From NCBI GenBank assembly GCA_052279835.1, contig CP181291.1, positions 3,744,001 to 3,808,000 on the forward strand: DNA of 64,000 nt. Reading direction: 5' to 3'. Of this stretch, positions 51,931 to 63,204 are shown piece by piece; within the stretch, counting starts at the first letter, position 1, and each line of letters opens with the position of its first letter. The stretch is from Microcoleus sp. GTDB lineage: Bacteria > Cyanobacteriota > Cyanobacteriia > Cyanobacteriales > Microcoleaceae. The translations under genes and the position numbers were made by a program. The notes under the pieces were generated by a model, which ran no database searches, was not told where the DNA came from, and saw only the letters and a program-made list of their open reading frames with translations.

Positions 51931-53094
51931 CTAATGACTTCTTTTCATCAAAAAAGATATAACTTCGACATAACCTTTAGCCGCAGTTTCAGGATTTTTT
52001 TGAGCAATTAGCTGTCGGGAGCGCTCCCCCATCGACTCAATCAAATCAGGATTATCTAGAAAAACTTGCATTTTTTCTGCTAAATCCTGAGCCTTACTAG
52101 GATCGAAAACATAACCGTTTTCCCCTGACACAATCAATTCGCAGGAAGCAGCACCCTTTGAACACAATACCGGTTTTCCAAACACCATTGCTTCTGGTAC
52201 AACCATTCCCCAGACATCCTCAAAAGTAGGAAATACAAAAACATCAGCTTGGTCAAAATAAGTCCCCAAACTTCCATAATCTACCCATCCCACCCATTTT
52301 ACTTGTTCGTAAAAATCTTGTTCTCTAATAAAACTTTCCAGTTCCTCCTGCTGGTCTCCCTTGCCAACAATCAGTAAAGTATAATCAGAATATCCTTGTT
52401 TTTTGAGCAGAGCACAAGCTTCTAACAGCGTCTTAATTCCTTTTCTGGCGGTAATCCGCCCCACATATAAAAAAATCGGCTGCTTGAGGTCTAATTTTTT
52501 GACCTTAGTTGTGGACAAAGGTTTCAGCAGCGTTTCCGCATCGGGAACTAAATAAGTTCTCGTAAAAACTTCCGCTTCTGGTACATTCAGCGATTCTACC
52601 AAATATCTTTTTCCTGCTTCGCTGTTAGAAACAAAAGCATCAGCAAACTTCGCTAATATGCGTCTGACAGATGTCCGAAAACTCGAATCTCGAAAATCTG
52701 TGTTCGGGGAACTACCATCATAAATAATTGCTATTCGCCACCGACAAATAGGTTTAAGAAGCACCACCAAGACCGTCCACAAAGAAAAAGCTTGAGGAAA
52801 AACTATATGAGGTCTAAATTTGAGCAAATGACCTATGATACTGGGTGATACGGCGATAAAACCGCGATCGTACCCTGTTTCAATCTTTTCGGTTTCGACA
52901 AAGTTAGTCTCCCCTACCAATACAATCGAAGATGCTCCCGGTAGCGTCGGATCGAATCCAGACCAAACACGACCAGTATAAAAAACTGTATTCTTAAATA
53001 CTTGGGTAAATTCTCTCAATACTGGCTGCCAGTAAGCTCCCAATTCGACTTCCGGGACTAGCCAAGCGACGCGGATTTCATCCATGCGATTCAC
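51931..53094 (-). CDS. GT4 family glycosyltransferase
   Basis: YVGRITARKG, FPTFEDVWGMVVPEAM. Confidence 0.9.
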   Translation of the reverse strand: MNRMDEIRVAWLVPEVELGAYWQPVLREFTQVFKNTVFYTGRVWSGFDPTLPGASSIVLVGETNFVETEKIETGYDRGFIAVSPSIIGHLLKFRPHIVFPQAFSLWTVLVVLLKPICRWRIAIIYDGSSPNTDFRDSSFRTSVRRILAKFADAFVSNSEAGKRYLVESLNVPEAEVFTRTYLVPDAETLLKPLSTTKVKKLDLKQPIFLYVGRITARKGIKTLLEACALLKKQGYSDYTLLIVGKGDQQEELESFIREQDFYEQVKWVGWVDYGSLGTYFDQADVFVFPTFEDVWGMVVPEAMVFGKPVLCSKGAASCELIVSGENGYVFDPSKAQDLAEKMQVFLDNPDLIESMGERSRQLIAQKNPETAAKGYVEVISFLMKRSH

Positions 53095-53119
53095 CTTTTA
53101 GTTGTAGGAGTAGAGCTGA

Positions 53120-54004
53120 TTAGCCACGATAGCCTAAAGGCCCTCGTCGGACTGAGGTGAGAATCAACCTCAAATAAGGTAGCAGCCAATATATCGGCCA
53201 CAATATATTTGTGTGCCGCTGTACGAGCACTTTTGACTCTTTTGGACTAAAACCCTTGGGTTGCATTACCTTTTTCCAGCGATCGAGCAAACTCATGTTC
53301 GGGTCTTCCCAGCAGTTACCCTCAGACGGATTAGTCGAGCAGGTTCCGACGTATCCGGGGACTACCCAAACTGTACAGTTTTGTTGCACCGATCGCAAAC
53401 CGTAGTCAATATCTCCCATGCTGTGAATAAAAGCTGGATCTAAGTTACCCACTACTTCAACTACCTCTCGCGGTATCAAAACGCAGTTGCCGTTCATTGT
53501 ACTGCACTGCTGAGCTTCCGCGATCGGTTCCAGCAGGCGAAAATGCAGAGGATGCCACCAGCTAGTCCGCAACCAGCCCCCGTAAGTCAGCGCCCCAGTT
53601 GCCGCATCGCGAGTAGAACCCACTGCAATCGCTCGCCTGTGGCCTTGCTCCGCCAAGCTTCTGGACGTTGCCAGCATAGTGTTCACAGCCGACGGTTCCA
53701 GTACAGTGTCATCGTTGAGCCAGAGGTAGTAGTCATAATCATGCTTCATCGCTTCCGCCAATCCCTGCCGCATTCCCCCATTCCAGAACAAATTCCCATC
53801 TCCGCCGAGCAATTTCACCAGGGGATAAGTCTCCTGCACCGCTTCGGGAGTACCATCAGTGCTGGCAGCGTCCACTAAGTAGACTACCAGCAATACATCT
53901 GCTGGTAGTACCTGATTGAATAATGCCGCGAGACTAGCTAAGGTCTTTTGCTTGCGATTGTGGCAAGTTATGATTGTCGCTATAGTGCTGTGTGGTTTCA
54001 TCAA
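53120..54004 (-). CDS. GT2 family glycosyltransferase
   Basis: TCHNR, VDAASTDGT, WLNDD, NGNCVLI. Confidence 0.9.
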   Translation of the reverse strand: MMKPHSTIATIITCHNRKQKTLASLAALFNQVLPADVLLVVYLVDAASTDGTPEAVQETYPLVKLLGGDGNLFWNGGMRQGLAEAMKHDYDYYLWLNDDTVLEPSAVNTMLATSRSLAEQGHRRAIAVGSTRDAATGALTYGGWLRTSWWHPLHFRLLEPIAEAQQCSTMNGNCVLIPREVVEVVGNLDPAFIHSMGDIDYGLRSVQQNCTVWVVPGYVGTCSTNPSEGNCWEDPNMSLLDRWKKVMQPKGFSPKESKVLVQRHTNILWPIYWLLPYLRLILTSVRRGPLGYRG

Positions 54005-54048
54005 TCTATAATAGTTTCATTCAATATTATTGTAGTCTGGAAAAAATT

Positions 54049-54807
54049 ATGAGGCAATTCCTCAAAAAAATAGCGTACAAAATGCTTAAGCCTATGGGAT
54101 TTGATGTCCCGCGAAAAGGCATGAGAACCTCTATGTACGGTATGCTCGATCAGTTGATCCAGTTGGGTTTTCAACCAGAAACAGTTATAGATGTCGGCGT
54201 TGCCTACGGGACTTTTGAATTGTACGAAAAGTTTCCCACAACCAACTTCTTACTGGTAGAGCCTTTGATCGAATACGAGAAAAACTTAAAAGCAATTTGT
54301 CAAAAATACCATGCTCAGTATATCATGGCCGGCGCCGGTGCTCAAGCGGGAAATATTACGATTAATGTTCACCCTCAACTCTACGGATCTTCTACTCTCA
54401 ACGAGTCAGAAGGGAGTCTTGCCGACGGTGTACCCAGAGAAATTCCTCTAGTTGTTCTCGATGATGTGTGCCGGGAAAAAAACTTAAAAGCACCTTATTT
54501 ATTGAAAATTGATGTCCAAGGTGCCGAGTTGAATGTTTTAGATGGCTGTCGTCAGATGCTTGAGGATACAGAAGTAATCATACTGGAAGTATCCCTGTTT
54601 CAATTCTTTGTTGGTGGCCCGCAATTATACGATGTTGTGAGTTATATGAAAGAGCGCGGATTCGTCACCTACGATATTTTTGGAGGTTATATCCGCCCTC
54701 TCGATGGAGCGTTGGCTCAGGTAGATATGGTGTTTGTTAAAGAAAACGGACTATTTAGAAAGTCTCATTTTTTTGCGACACCACAGCAGCGGAAACAGTT
54801 AGTTTAA
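54049..54807 (+). CDS. FkbM family methyltransferase
   Basis: VIDVGVAYG, LLKIDVQGAE, LAQVD. Confidence 0.9.
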   Translation: MRQFLKKIAYKMLKPMGFDVPRKGMRTSMYGMLDQLIQLGFQPETVIDVGVAYGTFELYEKFPTTNFLLVEPLIEYEKNLKAICQKYHAQYIMAGAGAQAGNITINVHPQLYGSSTLNESEGSLADGVPREIPLVVLDDVCREKNLKAPYLLKIDVQGAELNVLDGCRQMLEDTEVIILEVSLFQFFVGGPQLYDVVSYMKERGFVTYDIFGGYIRPLDGALAQVDMVFVKENGLFRKSHFFATPQQRKQLV

Positions 54808-56069
54808 TTGGCTGCACTGTTGGCGGCGCTGGCGAGTTCAGAAAACAGCGACAAGTAGCGGCGAGCTTGTATGTCTGAGGTGAATTCTTGTTCGACTTTC
54901 TGGCGCGCCCTGGTGCAGAGTTTTTGGTGTCGATCGGGATTTTCTAGTACCCATGCAATACCTGTAGCTAAATCTTCTGTTTCATAAGGTTTAGCTAAGT
55001 AGCCATTGGAGCAATGCTCGATCAAATCTGGCATTCCCCCAATCTTGAATCCGACACTGGGGATACCACAGGCTGCCGCTTCCATCACCGTATTCGGTAA
55101 ATTATCGTAAACAGAAGGAGCCACGAACACATCCGCTGCTGCATAAACTATTGCCAGAGAAACGTCATCAGCGAATTTACCTAAGTAATGGGTGTTAAAA
55201 CCAAGTTCAATCGGATTTGCCGAGCCAGAAGAGCCAAAAACTAGCAACTGTATGCGATCGTTCCAGCCCGATTTACTGAGACTTTGCAAAGCCGGTACTA
55301 GCAAGTTAAATCCTTTCCAGCGATCGCCCGTGCCACCAGCACCGCCAAAGAGTACAATTTGTTTATCTTGAGGTAAATTCAGGATTTCTCTAGCCCATTG
55401 CCGGTTGATGGGTTTGTACTTTTGAGTATTAATCCCATTCGGAATTACCTCAACTCGCTCGTCTTTAAACAGAGAACTAGAACTAGCACATTTCGCCAGC
55501 CAAGCACTAGGGCTAACCAAAGTTAAGTTAAGATTTTTCCAAGCTTTCGCTTTCCTCTGCCACACCCAACGCGACAAATCCCCATCCTTGCTGCTGTGGA
55601 GTTGGTGACAGCTACCGCAAGATTCAGTATAGCGATCGCACTCTTCGCTATAGTGACATCCACCCGTGAAAGGCCACATATCATGGAGAGTCCAGACTAG
55701 GGGCTTATTAAACTTCGGAATGGTTTCTACTTGCATATACCCGCCACAAACCCAGTGCAAATTAATAATATCTGGTTGGATTTTGGCAACTTTCGCAGTC
55801 AGGGAGTCTGGTAGCCATTGAGGAGAAAATATGGCGGGATTTCTCTGAGGATAAAGCCGTAATGGAGCATTTGATATAGTCGAAATAATCTTATCAAACT
55901 TGTTGGCTACCCCATCCTGTGATACAATGACATTTGCATCCCCACTTATCTTATTTTTCACCAGCATTTGGGAAGACACCCCAATCCCCTGCAAACCTGC
56001 GTGCAGTCTATAAGCTGCGCGGGCTGCACCACCTTCAGTATCAGAACTATTAAGAACTACAACCTTCAT
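54804..56069 (-). CDS. GT4 family glycosyltransferase (WcaC-like)
   Basis: GGAARAAYRLH, WTLHDMWPFTGGCHY, DNLPNTVMEA. Confidence 0.9.
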   Translation of the reverse strand: MKVVVLNSSDTEGGAARAAYRLHAGLQGIGVSSQMLVKNKISGDANVIVSQDGVANKFDKIISTISNAPLRLYPQRNPAIFSPQWLPDSLTAKVAKIQPDIINLHWVCGGYMQVETIPKFNKPLVWTLHDMWPFTGGCHYSEECDRYTESCGSCHQLHSSKDGDLSRWVWQRKAKAWKNLNLTLVSPSAWLAKCASSSSLFKDERVEVIPNGINTQKYKPINRQWAREILNLPQDKQIVLFGGAGGTGDRWKGFNLLVPALQSLSKSGWNDRIQLLVFGSSGSANPIELGFNTHYLGKFADDVSLAIVYAAADVFVAPSVYDNLPNTVMEAAACGIPSVGFKIGGMPDLIEHCSNGYLAKPYETEDLATGIAWVLENPDRHQKLCTRARQKVEQEFTSDIQARRYLSLFSELASAANSAAN

Positions 56070-56100
56070 CTACCTTGCCTGTCCTCTAGATTTAGAACGT

Positions 56101-57039
56101 CTAATGCGATCGGATTTGTGTCAACACTTTATGGACTTTTTTTTGTATCTTCTTTAGCAGCGGCGGATCGTAATCATACAAAGTATTTTGAGTGAAATTA
56201 TCTGCTTGGGCGTCCCGAATTGCAAAGGGTGGGTGTTTCAACGGAAATGTTAGGGCTTCCGCTGCCATATTATTATATGGACTGGTGACATCCCCCGTGT
56301 GAGTTCCCCCCGTACCGTGTCCGATGTTAGAAGCTAAATTGACATTAGCTAGAATATTCATACCATTTTGAATAAAGCTAGCAAAAGCCCACTGGAAATC
56401 CCAAGTATCTATCTTTTTTTCATAACAAAGCTCAAAAGTATTTGTCCAAACTTTTACTGCTTGCGGATCTCCCAGTACATCCGCCAAAAAATTACCATCG
56501 CGAATTTCCGGCCACAACTTCATATCTAAATCGTAGTGCTGCCAAGCTCGTCTCCAAGTCGCCCAACTCCAGCAGTGATTGTAGCGAGAAAAGTAGTAGC
56601 TGTAATCAGTTCTTTTTCGCCCAAACTGAACATTTTGACCGGAGATTGACATGATTCGGCGATCGTCTCGGTAGCGATCGAGCAATTCTTCAGCGAAACG
56701 GAAAAATGTCGGATGAGGTAAACAGTCATCCTCAATAATAATCGCCTCTTCCACCATCTCAAACACCCAATTGATACCGCTGGAAACCCGTAGCCGACAG
56801 CCCAGATTTACATCAGCATAATTTTTCAATACTTCGCAGTCCCAATCTACTCGCTCAATAATGGCACGAACGCGATCGCAATCTCGGTCTTCCCCCAGTC
56901 TATCTGCACGGGGTCCGTCGGCAACTACTAAAAGTTTCGGTGGCTTCACTTTGCGAATTTCTGCAAACACCCTTTCGGTTTCTTCCGGGCGTTTAAAAAT
57001 AATAAATGCGACGGGAGTTTTCAATTGCCAATCCAACAT
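56101..57039 (-). CDS. GT-A fold glycosyltransferase (HlpA-like)
   Basis: TPVAFIIFKRP, ADGPR, IIIEDDC, WSWATWRRAW. Confidence 0.85.
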   Translation of the reverse strand: MLDWQLKTPVAFIIFKRPEETERVFAEIRKVKPPKLLVVADGPRADRLGEDRDCDRVRAIIERVDWDCEVLKNYADVNLGCRLRVSSGINWVFEMVEEAIIIEDDCLPHPTFFRFAEELLDRYRDDRRIMSISGQNVQFGRKRTDYSYYFSRYNHCWSWATWRRAWQHYDLDMKLWPEIRDGNFLADVLGDPQAVKVWTNTFELCYEKKIDTWDFQWAFASFIQNGMNILANVNLASNIGHGTGGTHTGDVTSPYNNMAAEALTFPLKHPPFAIRDAQADNFTQNTLYDYDPPLLKKIQKKVHKVLTQIRSH

Positions 57040-57059
57040 TTAAATTCTCTACTATAATT

Positions 57060-58259
57060 TTAATTCACAACATCAGCAGTCATATAGGATTTAAACTCAG
57101 CAAAATTCAGAACCATCACAGTCGCTATGAATGCCAGTGTATCATTTTTCGTCTGATAGGGCAAAAATCTATAGCGACCAGAAGCCATTCTAGGGTTGCT
57201 TTCTTGGTAGATAATATCTTGAGCAAAGTTGCCCCAGCGCTCATCTATTAAATCAATGGTCATGCCAGCATGGGCCGAAGGCAGTAGCATATTAGAGCCG
57301 TGCAGACCAATTACTAAACGGCTTTCTGCATACAAGTGGCATATTTCCTGTTCAATTTTTTCAGTAAAACTATCCACCCTATAATCTTTAATCCATTCTG
57401 GGAACTTAGTTGTTGTCCCCAGACCAGCCACTGCAAATTTAGCCGTTGGTATCTGCAACCTGATTTTCTTAAATACTTCCTGAATCATCAAATTTTGGAG
57501 CCCCAGTGCAATTTTTTGACCCTTCAGCTTTCTCAAAACTCGGAACAAAAAACGATTAACTAACAAACGATCTTCGCGCCAGATAAACGTAATTTTGATT
57601 TCTTCTCCATCAAAATTGTGTTTGGGTACTCTAGTAAACTTGGTGATGTCGAACCGACTCGGATGAGAATAGGCTTCGCTGACATAAATCTCCTCAAAAC
57701 GTTTAGTTTCTTCCTGCACAAACTCGGCCAAGCTGGGATAATACTCCAGACCATTTTTTAAAGAGATAGGTACTGTCCAGACTTCCGCCACTCCTTCGGG
57801 AACCATCCACCTTAAAAACTTAGGGACGATTGTAATTAGCCCAAATTCCGGGTTGCAATCCAAGTGTCTTTCTGCATTGAGTAACTTTAACAGGGAGTGA
57901 CCGTAAAGATAATCAATACAGTTTAAGATGATTACCCGATCGCACTTCTTAAAAATTTCTTTGGTGATTTCAAGTTTCTCAGGTCTCGGATTTTGGAGTG
58001 AATGGAGCAAGGGTTTTCCTAACCATTCTGCCATCCTCTTATCCCCAGAAAAAACCTCTCCTTTTGCTAAATCAACTTGAATGGATGTGTGAGACCCATG
58101 ACCAACTCTCAATACATCGATTATTTCAGTGTCAGAGTCCTTTAACTTAGATTTCACACAAATCTGAATCCCCTGCCATAGGACCTCGATGGGTGTGAGT
58201 GCAGCACCTGTTCTGGGACAATTGGATTGCTGCTGAATGTCGGGTTTGATTTTAATCAT
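57060..58259 (-). CDS. Hypothetical protein in the EPS cluster (possibly GT61-like)
   Basis: YGH, WREDR, IGLHGSNM motifs. Confidence 0.55.
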   Translation of the reverse strand: MIKIKPDIQQQSNCPRTGAALTPIEVLWQGIQICVKSKLKDSDTEIIDVLRVGHGSHTSIQVDLAKGEVFSGDKRMAEWLGKPLLHSLQNPRPEKLEITKEIFKKCDRVIILNCIDYLYGHSLLKLLNAERHLDCNPEFGLITIVPKFLRWMVPEGVAEVWTVPISLKNGLEYYPSLAEFVQEETKRFEEIYVSEAYSHPSRFDITKFTRVPKHNFDGEEIKITFIWREDRLLVNRFLFRVLRKLKGQKIALGLQNLMIQEVFKKIRLQIPTAKFAVAGLGTTTKFPEWIKDYRVDSFTEKIEQEICHLYAESRLVIGLHGSNMLLPSAHAGMTIDLIDERWGNFAQDIIYQESNPRMASGRYRFLPYQTKNDTLAFIATVMVLNFAEFKSYMTADVVN

Positions 58260-59593
58260 TTTATTAATCCCATTATCCGAAAACCCGCTTTGTACAAGTT
58301 AAGCGATTTCCAAATTAATTTGCCAAAAGGCCGCAATTCCTTAATCATGAAATTGACTAAAATAATCACATAGAAATAAGTAATCAGAGTAGCTACCGTT
58401 GCACCAAGCGCTCCATAATTAGGAATCAGAAACCAGTTTAACCCCACATTAAAAATGGAGCCGATGACTGTCAAGTACAGACTGTACCGCAACTGACCCT
58501 CTATCGTAAAATAGGTGTTGCGCGCCACCCCAAAGTTACTCCCAAATTGCGCCCAAACATAGATTGCCAGTACCGCTGCTGAACTACTATACTTGTCACC
58601 GTAAAGCACCTTTACTATCCAAGGAGAAAGCAATGAAATTGGGAGTGCCACTCCCAACCATAGTATCATCATACTATCACAGTAAATTTGAAATTTATTC
58701 ATGTATTCTTCATAATTTTTATCTCTTAAATTAGCTAATTTGGGAAAAATAGATGAAGATATAATCATCGGCAAAAAATCGCAAATTTCGGAAATCTTAA
58801 CCGCCGCAGCATAATATCCCAGTTCAGCATTTTTATTCATCCCACCCAGCATGAGCTGATCGGTTTTCGAGTATAAGAAAACTGCAAATGCTGACAACAT
58901 AATCGGCCAACTCTCCCGCAGTAGTTCCTTGCCCCTAGACCAACTGAATTGCCAATCCTGAATTTTATTTCCCGTAAGCTTATAACAATATAAATAGGCC
59001 ATGCCGACGATCGCCACCTCTGCCAAGCGAATGCCTGCGAAGGCAAGTAGTGGTGCCCCCAGCATTACCAATCCAATTCTGACTCCGGCTACCAACAAAC
59101 AGACTGAATTCTTGGCCAGCACTGTATATTTTGACTGGACTTGGGACTCAAACCAAAAATTTATCGTCTCAAAAGCTTGAAATACCGTCCCGGCTGCGAT
59201 CAAGCCCACTAACCAGCGAGTCAGAGTGTCATTCGGCTTGAATAGGGAAATCATCACCACAGTTAACAACAGAGTGATGCAGCCACCAGTAAATTGCATC
59301 GCGAAGGCTGTCCCCAGGGTTTCGTTTTTGCATTCAGGATTGCGAGCGATATCCCGGATGACGATACCACCCAATCCCATGGTTGCTACCGAACTAAAGA
59401 CGGAAACAAAGGCGATCGAATAGTTGAGCAAACCAAATTGCACCGGCCCCAGATAGCGTGCCACCCAAAGCCCTACGATCAAACCCAGAGCCATCTGCAA
59501 AATTTGGTCCGTGAACAGCCACGCCAGATTCACGAGTACCTGACGAAGACCTGGCCCGATTTTTTGACTGACCACTGCTAGTTTATCTAACAT
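58256..59593 (-). CDS. wzx: Polysaccharide flippase
   Basis: VARYLGP..FG, KTDQLML...GYYAAA, LIPNYGALGA; many TM segments. Confidence 0.88.
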   Translation of the reverse strand: MLDKLAVVSQKIGPGLRQVLVNLAWLFTDQILQMALGLIVGLWVARYLGPVQFGLLNYSIAFVSVFSSVATMGLGGIVIRDIARNPECKNETLGTAFAMQFTGGCITLLLTVVMISLFKPNDTLTRWLVGLIAAGTVFQAFETINFWFESQVQSKYTVLAKNSVCLLVAGVRIGLVMLGAPLLAFAGIRLAEVAIVGMAYLYCYKLTGNKIQDWQFSWSRGKELLRESWPIMLSAFAVFLYSKTDQLMLGGMNKNAELGYYAAAVKISEICDFLPMIISSSIFPKLANLRDKNYEEYMNKFQIYCDSMMILWLGVALPISLLSPWIVKVLYGDKYSSSAAVLAIYVWAQFGSNFGVARNTYFTIEGQLRYSLYLTVIGSIFNVGLNWFLIPNYGALGATVATLITYFYVIILVNFMIKELRPFGKLIWKSLNLYKAGFRIMGLIK

Positions 59594-59869
59594 TAGAAAG
59601 TTTTGAGTCCTTAAATAGATAAATCAGTTTGTTGAGACTTCGATAGTCAATTCAAATTCACCCTCTTGTAGAAAGTTTATCATAACCTTTCGCCGTCATC
59701 AACCATTTATTGAAAAACTTTTAGCTGTTCTCGTAGAGTTTTTTTTGGAAAGACTCACATAAAGGTAATAGTATAATTTACAAAGCCCATAGTAGTAATA
59801 ATACCATAGAGCAGACATCTACTCATTGGTCAAATTTTAAACTTAATCTAGATTGAGTCGGAATCCCGA

Positions 59870-61261
59870 TCAAGACTCCAACTCCCGTTGGTCGCTCAGG
59901 TGGGGCATGGATGAAGATTTGGCACTATCTATACTGAGCCTAACAGTCAGTATCACGTAGCCCAGCCAGACATCCCCAATCTCACCTATAGAACCTTCCG
60001 TTATATTATTTAAAATAATAAACACTAAGTAAATAATTGGGATTCCCGATTGAGATAGCGGGCGGCGACTCAGTTCTCTGACAGCAAAAATTAAATTAGT
60101 TAACAGAGAAACTAAAATTAGAATCATGCCTGGATAACCAAAAGAAAGCAAAACTGATATGGCACCATTGTGAGCCGTTTTGGGCTGAAACCCATTGGTC
60201 GTATATATAAAATAAGCTGGGGTTTGCTCTCCGACTTCATCTTGTTGAAAAAATCCATCAAATCCATAGCCAAACCAAGGACGCTGATTGGCTGCATCGA
60301 TTAATTTTGGCCAGAATTCCGTGCGTCCAGTCAAGGTCAAATCCTTTCCCAAGCCTCCCACAACAATGGACTCTAAGTTATCGATTATATAAACGCTGGC
60401 AATGATTCCCAGCACCGTAAATCCGACAATAGAAGTAAAAGCCCATTGAAATTTTAATTTACTCAAAAAACTTAATGATGATACTACAACTATGAGCATC
60501 AAACTATTAACTAAAGAACCGCCAGAGCTAGTAGCTCTCACCAAATAAAAGGAAAAAAACATTAATCCCAGAGCTATCCAGCGTTCTTTCTGAGTTTTAG
60601 CACCTTGGGAATAGTGAAGATACCAAAGTGCTGTACATATAACCATGATGCTACCGAAAGCATTTTTGTGACCCGTAATTCCGGCAAATTCACGTCCCAC
60701 ATTCGGGTGTCGCAAAAAACTAACTATAGCGAGGGAGGTATAGCCGGCTCGCAGTAACCCAGATAGCTCATGCCACTCATATCGTGAAGCTATATAAAAA
60801 GTAACAATTGTAAAACCTGTAAATGCCATTCCTGCTTTTAGTGTAATATCAGGAACTAGCGACCAAAGTGTCGATGTAATTGGCAATAAAAAATACACAA
60901 AAGCAGCAGGATTTCTCAAAATCACTGATGACAAACCTTCCACAAATTGCTTATTTAAAAACTTGACTAATCTGCCACATAAAAGAAATGCAATCCATGG
61001 ATAAAAAAGAAAAGGAATTTGATAAATAATTCCTTTTTCTGCTTCAGAAATATTTACAAAATGCAGGTAATTAAAAGGAGGTAAATTGACGTGAGGAGAT
61101 ACGAATATGTACAAAATAGTAAACCATCTTTCTAAAGTAAGACCAATTTTTTTTTGACTAGCTATCTGAAAGATGAAGAGAGTGAGAATAAATACGATCA
61201 ATCCTAATATAATTAGCAACAAATTATTGCTGAGAATTAGTTCCTTAATTATTTTTGCCAT
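59870..61261 (-). CDS. O-antigen ligase / Wzy polymerase family protein
   Basis: GHKNAFG, TSSGG, TLTGRT..W, GYG, AHNG. Confidence 0.85.
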   Translation of the reverse strand: MAKIIKELILSNNLLLIILGLIVFILTLFIFQIASQKKIGLTLERWFTILYIFVSPHVNLPPFNYLHFVNISEAEKGIIYQIPFLFYPWIAFLLCGRLVKFLNKQFVEGLSSVILRNPAAFVYFLLPITSTLWSLVPDITLKAGMAFTGFTIVTFYIASRYEWHELSGLLRAGYTSLAIVSFLRHPNVGREFAGITGHKNAFGSIMVICTALWYLHYSQGAKTQKERWIALGLMFFSFYLVRATSSGGSLVNSLMLIVVVSSLSFLSKLKFQWAFTSIVGFTVLGIIASVYIIDNLESIVVGGLGKDLTLTGRTEFWPKLIDAANQRPWFGYGFDGFFQQDEVGEQTPAYFIYTTNGFQPKTAHNGAISVLLSFGYPGMILILVSLLTNLIFAVRELSRRPLSQSGIPIIYLVFIILNNITEGSIGEIGDVWLGYVILTVRLSIDSAKSSSMPHLSDQRELES

Positions 61262-61541
61262 AAATATATTTGTTTGAGTTCTAAGAGGTTCAAATTTGAG
61301 ATTTGAGATTGGGAATTAAAGAAGTGTTAATTAACTGGCGAGGGAATGTCGCTTGAGTGAGAAGTGCTATAGATTGTAGATTTCTTGAGCCCTATCAAAA
61401 ATCTTCTCGCCTCTGACTCTCTCCACCTCTAACACCACCATAGACAATATAGATGCACAACCGCCCGTCTGCCATAAACAAGGCATTTCCATGATGAGCG
61501 ATTAAACTGGTGAATGATGCTAGTAATCAAATAGGTAGCCT

Positions 61542-63026
61542 GTGGTTAAGACTGATTTTCCTAAACAAATAACCCTGTCCGTATTGAGTTTAACCTTGTG
61601 GACGATCGCCTGGGCGAGTATGATTTCCCTAGGACGCCCAGGGAGTGCTACCGCGCAAGTCCGATTACGTCCCGGTGCAGCCACCACACCCCCTACAGGG
61701 TTGAGGAGATCCCCGGAAAGCTATAAACTAGGTGGAGGCGATCGCATCCAAGTAGAAATACTGGAAGTACCCGAACTCACCCGCGGCTACGAAGTTCTCT
61801 CCGACGGTTCTGTCAACCTACCCCTAATCGGTTTAATATCAATCCGTGGCCTGACCTTAGTAGAAGCCACCACTATTATCCGCAACGCCTACCGCCGCGT
61901 CCTCAAAGACCCGATAGTCACAGTCAGCCTCGTCGCCGCCCGCCCCCTCAACGTCGGCGTCATCGGAGAAGTCACCAGGCCCGGAAACTTCACCATCGCC
62001 CTCGCTTCAGGTCCAGGTGTAACACCCTCAGTCCAATACCCAACCGTCACTCAAGCCATCAAACTCGCTGAAGGCGTCACTGGTGTCGCCGACATCCGTA
62101 ACATCCGTGTCCGCAGGCCCCAACCCGACGGGCCAGACCAAGTGCTCAACGTCAATCTATGGAAATTCTTGCAGGAAGGAGACATCTCTCAAGACATCAT
62201 TTTGCAAGACAGAGACACCATTGTGATTCCCACCGTCACCAACTTCAACCAAGCAGAAGCACGCCAATTCGCGACCGCCAACTTTTCTCCACCCCCAGAA
62301 AAACCTAGATCCATCTCCATAGTCGGCCAAGTCACCCGCCCTGGAGCTTACGTCGTCATTGGTGGGAACACTACCAACGACCTGAGCCGGGAAGGATTTC
62401 CCACCGTCATTAGGGCTATTCAGCTAGCCGGTGGCATCACTCCAGAGGCAGATATCCGTCAAATTCAAGTGCGTCGCATCACCAGAAAAGGCGAACAAAT
62501 TATCCCAGTTAACCTGTGGCAATTCCTAGAGTCCGGCGACGGGTCCCAAGATACCATCCTCCAGCAAGGAGATACAATCGTCGTTCCTAAAGCAACTATC
62601 GTCAACCCTGCCGAAGCTGGTCTCTTGGCTAACGTTAACTTTGCTCCCCCCGCCATCAATGTGTTTGTGGTAGGAGAAGTCAGAACTCCTCTGGAACCAA
62701 TCAAGCTGCCCGCCAATGCTACCTTGAATCAGGCTTTGCTCTCTAGAGGATTTTTTGGCTACGAAAACAACAGAGCTACTAGAGAGACTGTTGACCTAAT
62801 TCGTCTCAATACTGACGGTACGGCAACTAAACGCACGATCCAAGTCGATTTAACTCAAGGAATTAACGAGGAAAAAAATCCTCAACTCCGCAACAACGAT
62901 ACGATCGTAGTCTCGCGCAGCGGTCTCATCAAATTCGTAGACCGTATGAATACAGTCCTTGGACCCTTAGGTCCAGCTACCGGAGTGTTCAATTTTCTCA
63001 ACATTATCCGCTCTATATTCCGATGA
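61542..63026 (+). CDS. wza: Polysaccharide export protein with SLBB domains
   Basis: YKLGGGDRI, DGSVNLPLIG, repeated GEVTRPG/SLBB modules. Confidence 0.88.
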   Translation: MVKTDFPKQITLSVLSLTLWTIAWASMISLGRPGSATAQVRLRPGAATTPPTGLRRSPESYKLGGGDRIQVEILEVPELTRGYEVLSDGSVNLPLIGLISIRGLTLVEATTIIRNAYRRVLKDPIVTVSLVAARPLNVGVIGEVTRPGNFTIALASGPGVTPSVQYPTVTQAIKLAEGVTGVADIRNIRVRRPQPDGPDQVLNVNLWKFLQEGDISQDIILQDRDTIVIPTVTNFNQAEARQFATANFSPPPEKPRSISIVGQVTRPGAYVVIGGNTTNDLSREGFPTVIRAIQLAGGITPEADIRQIQVRRITRKGEQIIPVNLWQFLESGDGSQDTILQQGDTIVVPKATIVNPAEAGLLANVNFAPPAINVFVVGEVRTPLEPIKLPANATLNQALLSRGFFGYENNRATRETVDLIRLNTDGTATKRTIQVDLTQGINEEKNPQLRNNDTIVVSRSGLIKFVDRMNTVLGPLGPATGVFNFLNIIRSIFR

Positions 63027-63204
63027 GCAGGTCTGGGGCAAAATTTCAGGAAGTCTTAATTTGGCGATCGGCCCCGATCGCTCGGTTAGAATAAACTAAG
63101 GAATAGCATTTTCCCGGAGTTGTGGCACTGTAGTATTTGGAATATCAACCTCTAAAATATCGGTAGCATCTTAAATATCAACCTCTCTAATACACACACT
63201 GAAT

